Part shown: piece by piece, positions 50,286-61,284 of the stretch
Numbering within the stretch: position 1 is the first letter of the stretch
How the letters are laid out: every line of letters starts with the position of its first letter
Assembly (NCBI GenBank): GCA_964057225.1
Contig: OZ059895.1
Coordinates: 15,996,001 to 16,060,000, forward strand
Length of the DNA stretch: 64,000 nt
Reading direction: 5' to 3'
Source of the DNA: Auanema rhodensis
Taxonomy: Eukaryota; Animalia; Nematoda
Notes under the pieces: generated by a model
Told to the model about the DNA's origin: nothing
The model's database searches: none
Seen by the model: only the letters and a program-made list of their open reading frames with translations
Translations under genes and position numbers: made by a program

Positions 50286-50524
50286 AATCTCGAGTATTAA
50301 TTTCACGCTTGGTAATCAGAATATCGTGAGAGTTTCACGTGAAATCCACGTACATCCACACGCTCACTTCATTTTTGAATTATAATAGCACTTGACCGGT
50401 TGTTCTTCATGTTATAAAATTACTTCTATACTACAATTTTTCTTTTCAGGAAATTGTGATCATTGAAGCCAAGGGAGAGACTTAGAATCGTAACGTTGGT
50501 ATTCTGATAACGTGTAGTCTCATA

Positions 50525-50596
50525 TCCTCGGTAGTATAGTGGTGAGTATCCGCGTCTGTCACATGCGAGACCCGGGTTCAATTCCCGGCCGGGGAG
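50525..50596 (+). tRNA. trnD-GTC: tRNA-Asp(GTC)
   Basis: Copy of 31172. Confidence 0.97.
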
Positions 50597-50848
50597 AATG
50601 TTTTACACCTGTTCAGTATGTTTTCTTCCAGGTAATGCCCTGAGGGTTAAATTATCCGTAAATGTATTGTTTCATTGGCTAAATAGTTGTGAACGGGATG
50701 GTCGCCAATACTTTCGGGTTCTTCCCGCTTGAGTTGCAATTAAAACCTGATCGAATGTTTTTCCTCAAGATTCAGAAATTGAATAAAGTGAAACCCATAT
50801 GAGATACCAAACAAGGTATGGCCTGTTAGACTCATTGAGTTGACCATT

Positions 50849-51012
50849 AAACTTACCTGGCTGGGAGCTGCCCGCGATCATCAAGGCGGGCTCTCTACGA
50901 AGAGGCCTGATCATTGCACTTTTCGATTGGGCTGACTTGTATGGCAATCTCGAGTTGAGATTCGCCAACAGCTAAATTTTTGCGTTTGGGGATGCGTTCG
51001 CGCGTCCCTTAC
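50849..51012 (+). ncRNA. U1: U1 snRNA, one C>T variant
   Basis: GACCTGT>GACTTGT. Confidence 0.93.
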
Positions 51013-51251
51013 AATCTCGAGTATTAATTTCACGCTTGGTAATCAGAATATCGTGAGAGTTTCACGTGAAATCCACGTACATCCACACGCTCACTTCATT
51101 TTTGAATTATAATAGCACTTGACCGGTTGTTCTTCATGTTATAAAATTACTTCTATACTACAATTTTTCTTTTCAGGAAATTGTGATCATTGAAGCCAAG
51201 GGAGAGACTTAGAATCGTAACGTTGGTATTCTGATAACGTGTAGTCTCATA

Positions 51252-51323
51252 TCCTCGGTAGTATAGTGGTGAGTATCCGCGTCTGTCACATGCGAGACCC
51301 GGGTTCAATTCCCGGCCGGGGAG
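51252..51323 (+). tRNA. trnD-GTC: tRNA-Asp(GTC)
   Basis: Copy of 31172. Confidence 0.97.
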
Positions 51324-51575
51324 AATGTTTTACACCTGTTCAGTATGTTTTCTTCCAGGTAATGCCCTGAGGGTTAAATTATCCGTAAATGTATTGTTTC
51401 ATTGGCTAAATAGTTGTGAACGGGATGGTCGCCAATACTTTCGGGTTCTTCCCGCTTGAGTTGCAATTAAAACCTGATCGAATGTTTTTCCTCAAGATTC
51501 AGAAATTGAATAAAGTGAAACCCATATGAGATACCAAACAAGGTATGGCCTGTTAGACTCATTGAGTTGACCAAT

Positions 51576-51739
51576 AAACTTACCTGGCTGGGAGCTGCCC
51601 GCGATCATCAAGGCGGGCTCTCTACGAAGAGGCCTGATCATTGCACTTTTCGATTGGGCTGACCTGTATGGCAATCTCGAGTTGAGATTCGCCAACAGCT
51701 AAATTTTTGCGTTTGGGGATGCGTTCGCGCGTCCCTTAC
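51576..51739 (+). ncRNA. U1: U1 snRNA
   Basis: Copy of 30769 unit. Confidence 0.95.
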
Positions 51740-51978
51740 AATCTGAAGTATAAATTTCATGCTTGGTAATCAGAATATCGTGAGAGTTTCACGTGAAATC
51801 CACGTACATCCACACGCTCACTTCATTTTTGAATTATAATAGCACTTGACCGGTTGTTCTTCATGTTATAAAATTACTTCTATACTACAATTTTTCTTTT
51901 CAGGAAATTGTGATCATTGAAGCCAAGGGAGAGACTTAGAATCGTAACGTTGGTATTCTGATAACGTGTAGTCTCATA

Positions 51979-52050
51979 TCCTCGGTAGTATAGTGGTGAG
52001 TATCCGCGTCTGTCACATGCGAGACCCGGGTTCAATTCCCGGCCGGGGAG
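51979..52050 (+). tRNA. trnD-GTC: tRNA-Asp(GTC)
   Basis: Copy of 31172. Confidence 0.97.
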
Positions 52051-52302
52051 AATGTTTTACACCTGTTCAGTATGTTTTCTTCCAGGTAATGCCCTGAGGG
52101 TTAAATTATCCGTAAATGTATTGTTTCATTGGCTAAATAGTTGTGAACGGGATGGTCGCCAATACTTTCGGGTTCTTCCCGCTTGAGTTGCAATTAAAAC
52201 CTGATCGAATGTTTTTCCTCAAGATTCAGAAATTGAATAAAGTGAAACCCATATGAGATACCAAACAAGGTATGGCCTGTTAGACTCATTGAGTTGACCA
52301 AT

Positions 52303-52466
52303 AAACTTACCTGGCTGGGAGCTGCCCGCGATCATCAAGGCGGGCTCTCTACGAAGAGGCCTGATCATTGCACTTTTCGATTGGGCTGACCTGTATGGCA
52401 ATCTCGAGTTGAGATTCGCCAACAGCTAAATTTTTGCGTTTGGGGATGCGTTCGCGCGTCCCTTAC
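52303..52466 (+). ncRNA. U1: U1 snRNA
   Basis: Copy of 30769 unit. Confidence 0.95.
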
Positions 52467-52705
52467 AATCTCGAATATTAATTTCATGCTTGGTAATCAG
52501 AATATCGTGAGAGTTTCACGTGAAATCCACGTACATCCACACGCTCACTTCATTTTTGAATTATAATAGCACTTGACCGGTTGTTCTTCATGTTATAAAA
52601 TTACTTCTATACTACAATTTTTCTTTTCAGGAAATTGTGATCATTGAAGCCAAGGGAGAGACTTAGAATCGTAACGTTGGTATTCTGATAACGTGTAGTC
52701 TCATA

Positions 52706-52777
52706 TCCTCGGTAGTATAGTGGTGAGTATCCGCGTCTGTCACATGCGAGACCCGGGTTCAATTCCCGGCCGGGGAG
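52706..52777 (+). tRNA. trnD-GTC: tRNA-Asp(GTC)
   Basis: Copy of 31172. Confidence 0.97.
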
Positions 52778-53029
52778 AATGTTTTACACCTGTTCAGTAT
52801 GTTTTCTTCCAGGTAATGCCCTGAGGGTTAAATTATCCGTAAATGTATTGTTTCATTGGCTAAATAGTTGTGAACGGGATGGTCGCCAATACTTTCGGGT
52901 TCTTCCCGCTTGAGTTGCAATTAAAACCTGATCGAATGTTTTTCCTCAAGATTCAGAAATTGAATAAAGTGAAACCCATATGAGATACCAAACAAGGTAT
53001 GGCCTGTTAGACTCATTGAGTTGACCAAT

Positions 53030-53193
53030 AAACTTACCTGGCTGGGAGCTGCCCGCGATCATCAAGGCGGGCTCTCTACGAAGAGGCCTGATCATTGCAC
53101 TTTTCGATTGGGCTGACCTGTATGGCAATCTCGAGTTGAGATTCGCCAACAGCTAAATTTTTGCGTTTGGGGATGCGTTCGCGCGTCCCTTAC
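53030..53193 (+). ncRNA. U1: U1 snRNA
   Basis: Copy of 30769 unit. Confidence 0.95.
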
Positions 53194-53432
53194 AATCTGA
53201 AGTATAAATTTCATGCTTGGTAATCAGAATATCGTGAGAGTTTCACGTGAAATCCACGTACATCCACACGCTCACTTCATTTTTGAATTATAATAGCACT
53301 TGACCGGTTGTTCTTCATGTTATAAAATTACTTCTATACTACAATTTTTCTTTTCAGGAAATTGTGATCATTGAAGCCAAGGGAGAGACTTAGAATCGTA
53401 ACGTTGGTATTCTGATAACGTGTAGTCTCATA

Positions 53433-53504
53433 TCCTCGGTAGTATAGTGGTGAGTATCCGCGTCTGTCACATGCGAGACCCGGGTTCAATTCCCGGCCGG
53501 GGAG
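53433..53504 (+). tRNA. trnD-GTC: tRNA-Asp(GTC)
   Basis: Copy of 31172. Confidence 0.97.
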
Positions 53505-53756
53505 AATGTTTTACACCTGTTCAGTATGTTTTCTTCCAGGTAATGCCCTGAGGGTTAAATTATCCGTAAATGTATTGTTTCATTGGCTAAATAGTTGTGA
53601 ACGGGATGGTCGCCAATACTTTCGGGTTCTTCCCGCTTGAGTTGCAATTAAAACCTGATCGAATGTTTTTCCTCAAGATTCAGAAATTGAATAAAGTGAA
53701 ACCCATATGAGATACCAAACAAGGTATGGCCTGTTAGACTCATTGAGTTGACCAAT

Positions 53757-53920
53757 AAACTTACCTGGCTGGGAGCTGCCCGCGATCATCAAGGCGGGCT
53801 CTCTACGAAGAGGCCTGATCATTGCACTTTTCGATTGGGCTGACCTGTATGGCAATCTCGAGTTGAGATTCGCCAACAGCTAAATTTTTGCGTTTGGGGA
53901 TGCGTTCGCGCGTCCCTTAC
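53757..53920 (+). ncRNA. U1: U1 snRNA
   Basis: Copy of 30769 unit. Confidence 0.95.
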
Positions 53921-54159
53921 AATCTCGAATATTAATTTCATGCTTGGTAATCAGAATATCGTGAGAGTTTCACGTGAAATCCACGTACATCCACACGCTC
54001 ACTTCATTTTTGAATTATAATAGCACTTGACCGGTTGTTCTTCATGTTATAAAATTACTTCTATACTACAATTTTTCTTTTCAGGAAATTGTGATCATTG
54101 AAGCCAAGGGAGAGACTTAGAATCGTAACGTTGGTATTCTGATAACGTGTAGTCTCATA

Positions 54160-54231
54160 TCCTCGGTAGTATAGTGGTGAGTATCCGCGTCTGTCACATG
54201 CGAGACCCGGGTTCAATTCCCGGCCGGGGAG
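54160..54231 (+). tRNA. trnD-GTC: tRNA-Asp(GTC)
   Basis: Copy of 31172. Confidence 0.97.
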
Positions 54232-54483
54232 AATGTTTTACACCTGTTCAGTATGTTTTCTTCCAGGTAATGCCCTGAGGGTTAAATTATCCGTAAATGT
54301 ATTGTTTCATTGGCTAAATAGTTGTGAACGGGATGGTCGCCAATACTTTCGGGTTCTTCCCGCTTGAGTTGCAATTAAAACCTGATCGAATGTTTTTCCT
54401 CAAGATTCAGAAATTGAATAAAGTGAAACCCATATGAGATACCAAACAAGGTATGGCCTGTTAGACTCATTGAGTTGACCAAT

Positions 54484-54647
54484 AAACTTACCTGGCTGGG
54501 AGCTGCCCGCGATCATCAAGGCGGGCTCTCTACGAAGAGGCCTGATCATTGCACTTTTCGATTGGGCTGACCTGTATGGCAATCTCGAGTTGAGATTCGC
54601 CAACAGCTAAATTTTTGCGTTTGGGGATGCGTTCGCGCGTCCCTTAC
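54484..54647 (+). ncRNA. U1: U1 snRNA
   Basis: Copy of 30769 unit. Confidence 0.95.
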
Positions 54648-54886
54648 AATCTGAAGTATAAATTTCATGCTTGGTAATCAGAATATCGTGAGAGTTTCAC
54701 GTGAAATCCACGTACATCCACACGCTCACTTCATTTTTGAATTATAATAGCACTTGACCGGTTGTTCTTCATGTTATAAAATTACTTCTATACTACAATT
54801 TTTCTTTTCAGGAAATTGTGATCATTGAAGCCAAGGGAGAGACTTAGAATCGTAACGTTGGTATTCTGATAACGTGTAGTCTCATA

Positions 54887-54958
54887 TCCTCGGTAGTATA
54901 GTGGTGAGTATCCGCTTCTGTCACATGCGAGACCCGTGTTCAATTCCCGGCCGGGGAG
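54887..54958 (+). tRNA. trnD-GTC: tRNA-Asp(GTC) variant with anticodon-stem and T-stem mismatches
   Basis: Same two substitutions as 32626 and 33353. Confidence 0.85.
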
Positions 54959-55210
54959 AATGTTTTACACCTGTTCAGTATGTTTTCTTCCAGGTAATGC
55001 CCTGAGGGTTAAATTATCCGTAAATGTATTGTTTCATTGGCTAAATAGTTGTGAAGGGGATGGTCGCCAATACTTTCGGGTTCTTCCCGCTTGAGTTGCA
55101 ATTAAAACCTGATCGAATGTTTTTCCTCAAGATTCAGAAATTGAATAAAGTGAAACCCATATGAGATACCAAACAAGGTATGGCCTGTTAGACTCATTGA
55201 GTTGACCAAT

Positions 55211-55374
55211 AAACTTACCTGGCTGGGAGCTGCCCGCGATCATCAAGGCGGGCTCTCTACGAAGAGGCCTGATCATTGCACTTTTCGATTGGGCTGACCT
55301 GTATGGCAATCTCGAGTTGAGATTCGCCAACAGCTAAATTTTTGCGTTTGGGGATGCGTTCGCGCGTCCCTTAC
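55211..55374 (+). ncRNA. U1: U1 snRNA
   Basis: Copy of 30769 unit. Confidence 0.95.
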
Positions 55375-55613
55375 AATCTCGAATATTAATTTCATGCTTG
55401 GTAATCAGAATATCGTGAGAGTTTCACGTGAAATCCACGTACATCCACACGCTCACTTCATTTTTGAATTATAATAGCACTTGACCGGTTGTTCTTCATG
55501 TTATAAAATTACTTCTATACTACAATTTTTCTTTTCAGGAAATTGTGATCATTGAAGCCAAGGGAGAGACTTAGAATCGTAACGTTGGTATTCTGATAAC
55601 GTGTAGTCTCATA

Positions 55614-55685
55614 TCCTCGGTAGTATAGTGGTGAGTATCCGCGTCTGTCACATGCGAGACCCGGGTTCAATTCCCGGCCGGGGAG
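55614..55685 (+). tRNA. trnD-GTC: tRNA-Asp(GTC)
   Basis: Copy of 31172. Confidence 0.97.
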
Positions 55686-55937
55686 AATGTTTTACACCTG
55701 TTCAGTATGTTTTCTTCCAGGTAATGCCCTGAGGGTTAAATTATCCGTAAATGTATTGTTTCATTGGCTAAATAGTTGTGAACGGGATGGTCGCCAATAC
55801 TTTCGGGTTCTTCCCGCTTGAGTTGCAATTAAAACCTGATCGAATGTTTTTCCTCAAGATTCAGAAATTGAATAAAGTGAAACCCATATGAGATACCAAA
55901 CAAGGTATGGCCTGTTAGACTCATTGAGTTGACCAAT

Positions 55938-56101
55938 AAACTTACCTGGCTGGGAGCTGCCCGCGATCATCAAGGCGGGCTCTCTACGAAGAGGCCTGAT
56001 CATTGCACTTTTCGATTGGGCTGACCTGTATGGCAATCTCGAGTTGAGATTCGCCAACAGCTAAATTTTTGCGTTTGGGGATGCGTTCGCGCGTCCCTTA
56101 C
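55938..56101 (+). ncRNA. U1: U1 snRNA
   Basis: Copy of 30769 unit. Confidence 0.95.
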
Positions 56102-56340
56102 AATCTCGAATATTAATTTCATGCTTGGTAATCAGAATATCGTGAGAGTTTCACGTGAAATCCACGTACATCCACACGCTCACTTCATTTTTGAATTATA
56201 ATAGCACTTGACCGGTTGTTCTTCATGTTATAAAATTACTTCTATACTACAATTTTTCTTTTCAGGAAATTGTGATCATTGAAGCCAAGGGAGAGACTTA
56301 GAATCGTAACGTTGGTATTCTGATAACGTGTAGTCTCATA

Positions 56341-56412
56341 TCCTCGGTAGTATAGTGGTGAGTATCCGCGTCTGTCACATGCGAGACCCGGGTTCAATTC
56401 CCGGCCGGGGAG
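56341..56412 (+). tRNA. trnD-GTC: tRNA-Asp(GTC)
   Basis: Copy of 31172. Confidence 0.97.
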
Positions 56413-56664
56413 AATGTTTTACACCTGTTCAGTATGTTTTCTTCCAGGTAATGCCCTGAGGGTTAAATTATCCGTAAATGTATTGTTTCATTGGCTAAAT
56501 AGTTGTGAACGGGATGGTCGCCAATACTTTCGGGTTCTTCCCGCTTGAGTTGCAATTAAAACCTGATCGAATGTTTTTCCTCAAGATTCAGAAATTGAAT
56601 AAAGTGAAACCCATATGAGATACCAAACAAGGTATGGCCTGTTAGACTCATTGAGTTGAAAAAT

Positions 56665-56828
56665 AAACTTACCTGGCTGGGAGCTGCCCGCGATCATCAA
56701 GGCGGGCTCTCTACGAAGAGGCCTGATCATTGCACTTTTCGATTGGGCTGACCTGTATGGCAATCTCGAGTTGAGATTCGCCAACAGCTAAATTTTTGCG
56801 TTTGGGGATGCGTTCGCGCGTCCCTTAC
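56665..56828 (+). ncRNA. U1: U1 snRNA
   Basis: Copy of 30769 unit; unique upstream GACCAATA>GAAAAATA change. Confidence 0.95.
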
Positions 56829-57075
56829 AATCTCGAATATTAATTTCATGCTTGGTAATCAGAATATCGTGAGAGTTTCACGTGAAATCCACGTACATCC
56901 ACACGCTCACTTCATTTTTGAATTATAATAGCACTTGACCGGTTGTTCTTCATGTTATAAAATTACTTCTATACTACAATTTTTCTTTTCAGGAAATTGT
57001 GATCAGTCACGTCCTACTCCAATTGGCACCAACGTTGAACCTAATACTGAAAAGGTGAATCTGACGACTCAAGAT

Positions 57076-60000
57076 ATGGAGAACAACGTGAATATGATGC
57101 AACAACCGTGTCTGGATGAAAACTCCGCGTGCGGTGCAAATTCATCTTTTCATACATTGTCCATGGCAGTCACCGTTAAGGGCGTTGGCTGTGATTCAAG
57201 CTTGGACGTCGAAGTATCACCAAGCAGCAATGTAAGTCTTGATGAACTGAGGCTCTGGTCAGCTTCGTCTAAGATGAGCTCACGCGTATCGGGATCACTT
57301 GAATTAGAAGTACCTGTAGTTTCGCAGATGTCAACGATACGCGCACTACCAGGGTATAGCAAGCAATACCCAATGCTGGATATAATGAATTATTATTCAA
57401 TATTGCACTGCGGGCATGACGGTTCGGTGCTTGCCAGATCGGACGGAGAGAACTTCCAGATGTCTACTCGGCCTGATCAAGAGATATCTGCAGGGGATAA
57501 ATTTGCTCGATTTGAGCCAATAATCTCGGCCCTTAGTGCGGCCTTTATAATAATATCACCGAAATTGAGTGAGCCACGGGTCATGTATGAGGATGACCAC
57601 AAACGCATCTCTAGGGCTATGGATGAACTCCTTGAAAAGATGATGCGCGAAAATCATTTGAATCGCGGTGGTGGTTCCTTCGTAATCCGGTTTCAGGACA
57701 CGCGAAATCACATCGTTGTTTTGACATCGCCATTTTCAGTATTGTATAAGGTATACAAGCACTGCATTGGCATAACGCAGTCTTACGTGCGCACTGACTC
57801 GCTCACTAAGCCACACATAAGCATGATACCTTCCTATCGAATTACGGTACAGGAAGCTCATGTATCCCCACGGTTTGACGTCACTGTAAAACCAATTTTC
57901 AGTGAGTTGAGCTGCTTACTAGACGCAATGCGATATAGCAGCTATTTTAGGCATTTGACCGTCGTTCGCGATGTAAGTAATATGCATAGGGAGGGTACGG
58001 GAATTGCTCATGTAGCGCAGAAATTTGAAGCGCTTGAAAGCTCATTGCAACTACTCACCCATGATGTACGTAAACTGCAAGAGGGGGCTTTGATCTATAG
58101 GACTCTGAAGATTGACTTGCGTAAGTACGACGTATCAGTCATACGATGCGTTAACGTTAATAAGATCTTAATGAATCCGGAGCCTATTCCTTTGATAACC
58201 TATTCTTCTCACTTAGCCGTTAATATCGCTAACGAAGAGAGATTATATCGGTGCCCAGGTTTGCCCCTCATTTTAGGGTGCTCCGTTGCTCGTACTGGTG
58301 AGCCCGATTATGGTTCACATTATGGAGATCAGTTCGGCTCAATAACCCCCCAGGTTATTACACCCCTCAGCATAGGAAATGAACTACGTGGAGCGACTAT
58401 GTTTTCTCAACCATCTGTTAAAAGTGCACACTTTCATTACAGATTAACTTTACGCGACAATGTTGCTGATGACGAATACCCGCACGATCTTGAGTACATC
58501 ATCGTAGTTGATTTTGCAGATGATAATCTTGTGCCCCACGATTACATGGTGTCATCGTATGGCAGGCTTGAAGTCAAGAACGAGGGAGAAACAATAGTGC
58601 CTTTCCAAGACGAGACTTGCGATATGGGGGCACGCGGCACGGATTTCGCGATTGCCTACATGACAAAGACAATACCAGTGACTGGACTTTATAGTGCGCA
58701 TTACGCGCGGCATTACCTTCTGTTTCCGCACGCAGCCGACGCTGTGCAGAGTGTCGATGCCATTGAACTACACACTGGGGTGGGAAAGATTATGAATTCC
58801 ATATCCCTAAATCAAACCGTCGACTTTACAGCTCTTGACGGCACGCGCACGCACGCGTTGACTACCAGCTCCAACGGCAGTCATAGGGGAGTTTCGACGT
58901 TCTTCCCACGCTTCATTGAGTATGTGCCATTTGAAGATATATGCACACCAGATGAGGGTAAATCACGTACGACTGGCTTATCCTTTCGTTTCCTCGAAAG
59001 CGTTGTACCTGCGTATTTGGATCTCCATTGTCGCGACAGACGTGACGTCGGCCTTGCATGTAGCGTGTTCGGAGCCTTCTGTGAGGGTACCGAAGCATTC
59101 ACCTGTAAGAGGATACTAGTGCGTACCGATCGTGGTTACGCCATTAATAGAGAGGGAGTCTTTTACAGGCCCAAGGATAAACGAAGTCTTGATATCGATT
59201 CTTCGATTAACGCCATTGACATTAACTCACTGGCATGCGGGCCATCTGGTATCGTTAATAATAGGTCAAAGTTCATGACTTCGTCTGGAGGCATAATGGA
59301 TATTGTCTTTTCGGAGACTATGGCCATGTGTGATGCTACGGGCTTATCTAGCCGTTCATCAATGCTTAGCTTTGGCTATTTAGCTGGAGGCGGAAGTGTC
59401 AATCTTGCGTTACGGCCAAACGGGCTCGGCGATATCAAGACGTATAGTATGCTTACTGCATACTACAACGATAAAATTTACGACATGGAGCGTAACATGC
59501 TCGCAATTGTGCGCACCACCAACGAGCTATCCCTTAAGTTGGATTCATCCATTATACATGTAGGAAATGACATGGTGTACAGATTTGTTGACCATAAACA
59601 AGGGTTCGGCAAGTCAGTCGACCACCTGCTGTCAGTTATTAACAGCGGGGCATCTGCTGCTTCCCTTATTTTCCCACAAATTGGAGTAATTGCCTTTTAT
59701 GGCACCGCTCTACGCACGTTCCTTTCAGCCGTATCGAGCATCATCGACGGTAAAAATGCCACGCTGACCATTGCGTCTTCGTATGCGATGTCAAACTATG
59801 CTCTATCTCTAACCAACATGCATGGCTTAGTATCGCACATGTACTCCACGGTGCCAGACGAAGCTAAAGGGTGTGGTTTAGGTCGACTATCTAACCATTG
59901 GATTGATATTGCCCCAATCGCGAACATTGATGTAATATCAGATGCGTACACGAAGTATTCTGTCAATTTTGTTGAAATGCCAAAATTCGGGCGAGTAAGC

Positions 60001-60231
60001 GTTCGTACTTCAAGTCTAGGTAACAGCGCCTTGTCGAAGATGCTCCCTATTCATACTATCAGCCCTCACGATACCTCAGTCCAGGGGATGTTAACTAACA
60101 CGCTTAGAAGAATGAACCTTGGAATTGAGCACCAATATGTATCATTATGCTCTATATTACATGGAGGTTCCACCTTAGAATCTTTTTACGATTTTCGAAC
60201 TCGATTAAATTATGAATTATCATTCAGTTAA
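57076..60231 (+). CDS. Intronless ~1051-aa endogenous viral element-like protein resembling a dsRNA-virus outer-capsid/spike protein (Phytoreovirus P2-like)
   Basis: Uninterrupted ORF, visibly less AT-rich than the host; two coiled coils, a beta-rich middle, a hydrophobic hairpin VINSGASAASLIFPQIGVIA and an LPIH motif; first true ATG at 57076; family call from memory only. Confidence 0.65.
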   Translation: MENNVNMMQQPCLDENSACGANSSFHTLSMAVTVKGVGCDSSLDVEVSPSSNVSLDELRLWSASSKMSSRVSGSLELEVPVVSQMSTIRALPGYSKQYPMLDIMNYYSILHCGHDGSVLARSDGENFQMSTRPDQEISAGDKFARFEPIISALSAAFIIISPKLSEPRVMYEDDHKRISRAMDELLEKMMRENHLNRGGGSFVIRFQDTRNHIVVLTSPFSVLYKVYKHCIGITQSYVRTDSLTKPHISMIPSYRITVQEAHVSPRFDVTVKPIFSELSCLLDAMRYSSYFRHLTVVRDVSNMHREGTGIAHVAQKFEALESSLQLLTHDVRKLQEGALIYRTLKIDLRKYDVSVIRCVNVNKILMNPEPIPLITYSSHLAVNIANEERLYRCPGLPLILGCSVARTGEPDYGSHYGDQFGSITPQVITPLSIGNELRGATMFSQPSVKSAHFHYRLTLRDNVADDEYPHDLEYIIVVDFADDNLVPHDYMVSSYGRLEVKNEGETIVPFQDETCDMGARGTDFAIAYMTKTIPVTGLYSAHYARHYLLFPHAADAVQSVDAIELHTGVGKIMNSISLNQTVDFTALDGTRTHALTTSSNGSHRGVSTFFPRFIEYVPFEDICTPDEGKSRTTGLSFRFLESVVPAYLDLHCRDRRDVGLACSVFGAFCEGTEAFTCKRILVRTDRGYAINREGVFYRPKDKRSLDIDSSINAIDINSLACGPSGIVNNRSKFMTSSGGIMDIVFSETMAMCDATGLSSRSSMLSFGYLAGGGSVNLALRPNGLGDIKTYSMLTAYYNDKIYDMERNMLAIVRTTNELSLKLDSSIIHVGNDMVYRFVDHKQGFGKSVDHLLSVINSGASAASLIFPQIGVIAFYGTALRTFLSAVSSIIDGKNATLTIASSYAMSNYALSLTNMHGLVSHMYSTVPDEAKGCGLGRLSNHWIDIAPIANIDVISDAYTKYSVNFVEMPKFGRVSVRTSSLGNSALSKMLPIHTISPHDTSVQGMLTNTLRRMNLGIEHQYVSLCSILHGGSTLESFYDFRTRLNYELSFS

Positions 60232-61284
60232 AGAGAATTTATTTTTTTTTTGAGCTATTTCCCTGGGCTACCACCTCTCTTTCCAATTCAGTACGAAGGG
60301 TCTCACTCTTTTTTTTTAATAAACAGGGTTGATATTTTGCGCAGGGTGAGATACTGAATTGGCCAACTTTTCGATATTTTTGTTTCTGCGCAGTTGTATT
60401 TTTGATTTTTCATTGTGGCGAAAAATATATATTTTTTGGAAATGGAAAAGCTGTTTGATATAAGCAAAATTGGACCTTAATAAAGTCAATTTGCGATATT
60501 TTTGATAAAGATTACAAGTTTGTACTAACAGAATGGCCACTGTAAGAAAATAACATCCGCTGTATCATTTGTCATATTTGAATTTAAACCTTCCTCTCAT
60601 AATTTTTTGATTGTTGATTCAAGTTGAAACAAAGACTTTGGAATTTGAAAGATGCCTTGTTTGGTAATTCATTGTTATTCAGTAACAATTGAGATTTTGA
60701 TTTGTCCGCCATACTCACTTCTCTAATTTATGAATCACATTGTCACATAATCATATCCTATCATCATCTTAACAATTAATTATATTCACATCTTTTTTTT
60801 CCTCTCTATAGTTTGTTTTTGTATGAGTTCATTAATTAATTAATCTTCAACCCATATTATTATATATCTTTTTTTTCTTCGATTTTTTTTTCATGTTATT
60901 CACTAATTTATTCACTATCAACTATTCATATTCTTATCTTGTTTACTAACTTATTCCACTATTTTACATTGTAGATTGTTCTGACTTTCCTCCTTTTCCA
61001 AAACGGCAACCTCCAAGAATAATTATACGGATACGCCTTTCCGTACCTCTCAAAGATTAAGAGACAAGAGAAATCGTATTTCTCGATTTCCTTTTCCCGA
61101 TAGTGACGACTCGTTTGACAACGATTTAAGTCCATCGGACGACGAAAAAACGCCAACACACTTGGCTGTAACACCGAAAAAAGAAAAAACTCCCCAGCGC
61201 GAAAAACTACCTCTGAAGCTCCTACTCAACATGAGACCACATGAGCAATCAAACAGAGATTCAACTCTGTAAACGCCTAATTTA

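Larger units (their letters stand above)
49362..57005 (+). repeat. 727-bp U1 + tRNA-Asp array, segment 2 (about 10.5 units)
   Basis: Resumes in register after the TSD. Confidence 0.97.

Noticed and set aside
57024-57040. TGGCACCAACGT as a tRNA-Lys PBS for the second element
   Set aside because: It needs a mismatch plus a gap relative to TGGCGCCCAACGT, has no adjacent LTR, and lies in the open viral frame
56935-57075. N-terminal 47 aa of the 1098-aa track ORF
   Set aside because: It begins at a TTG inside array spacer DNA and crosses the insertion junction; the first ATG is at 57076
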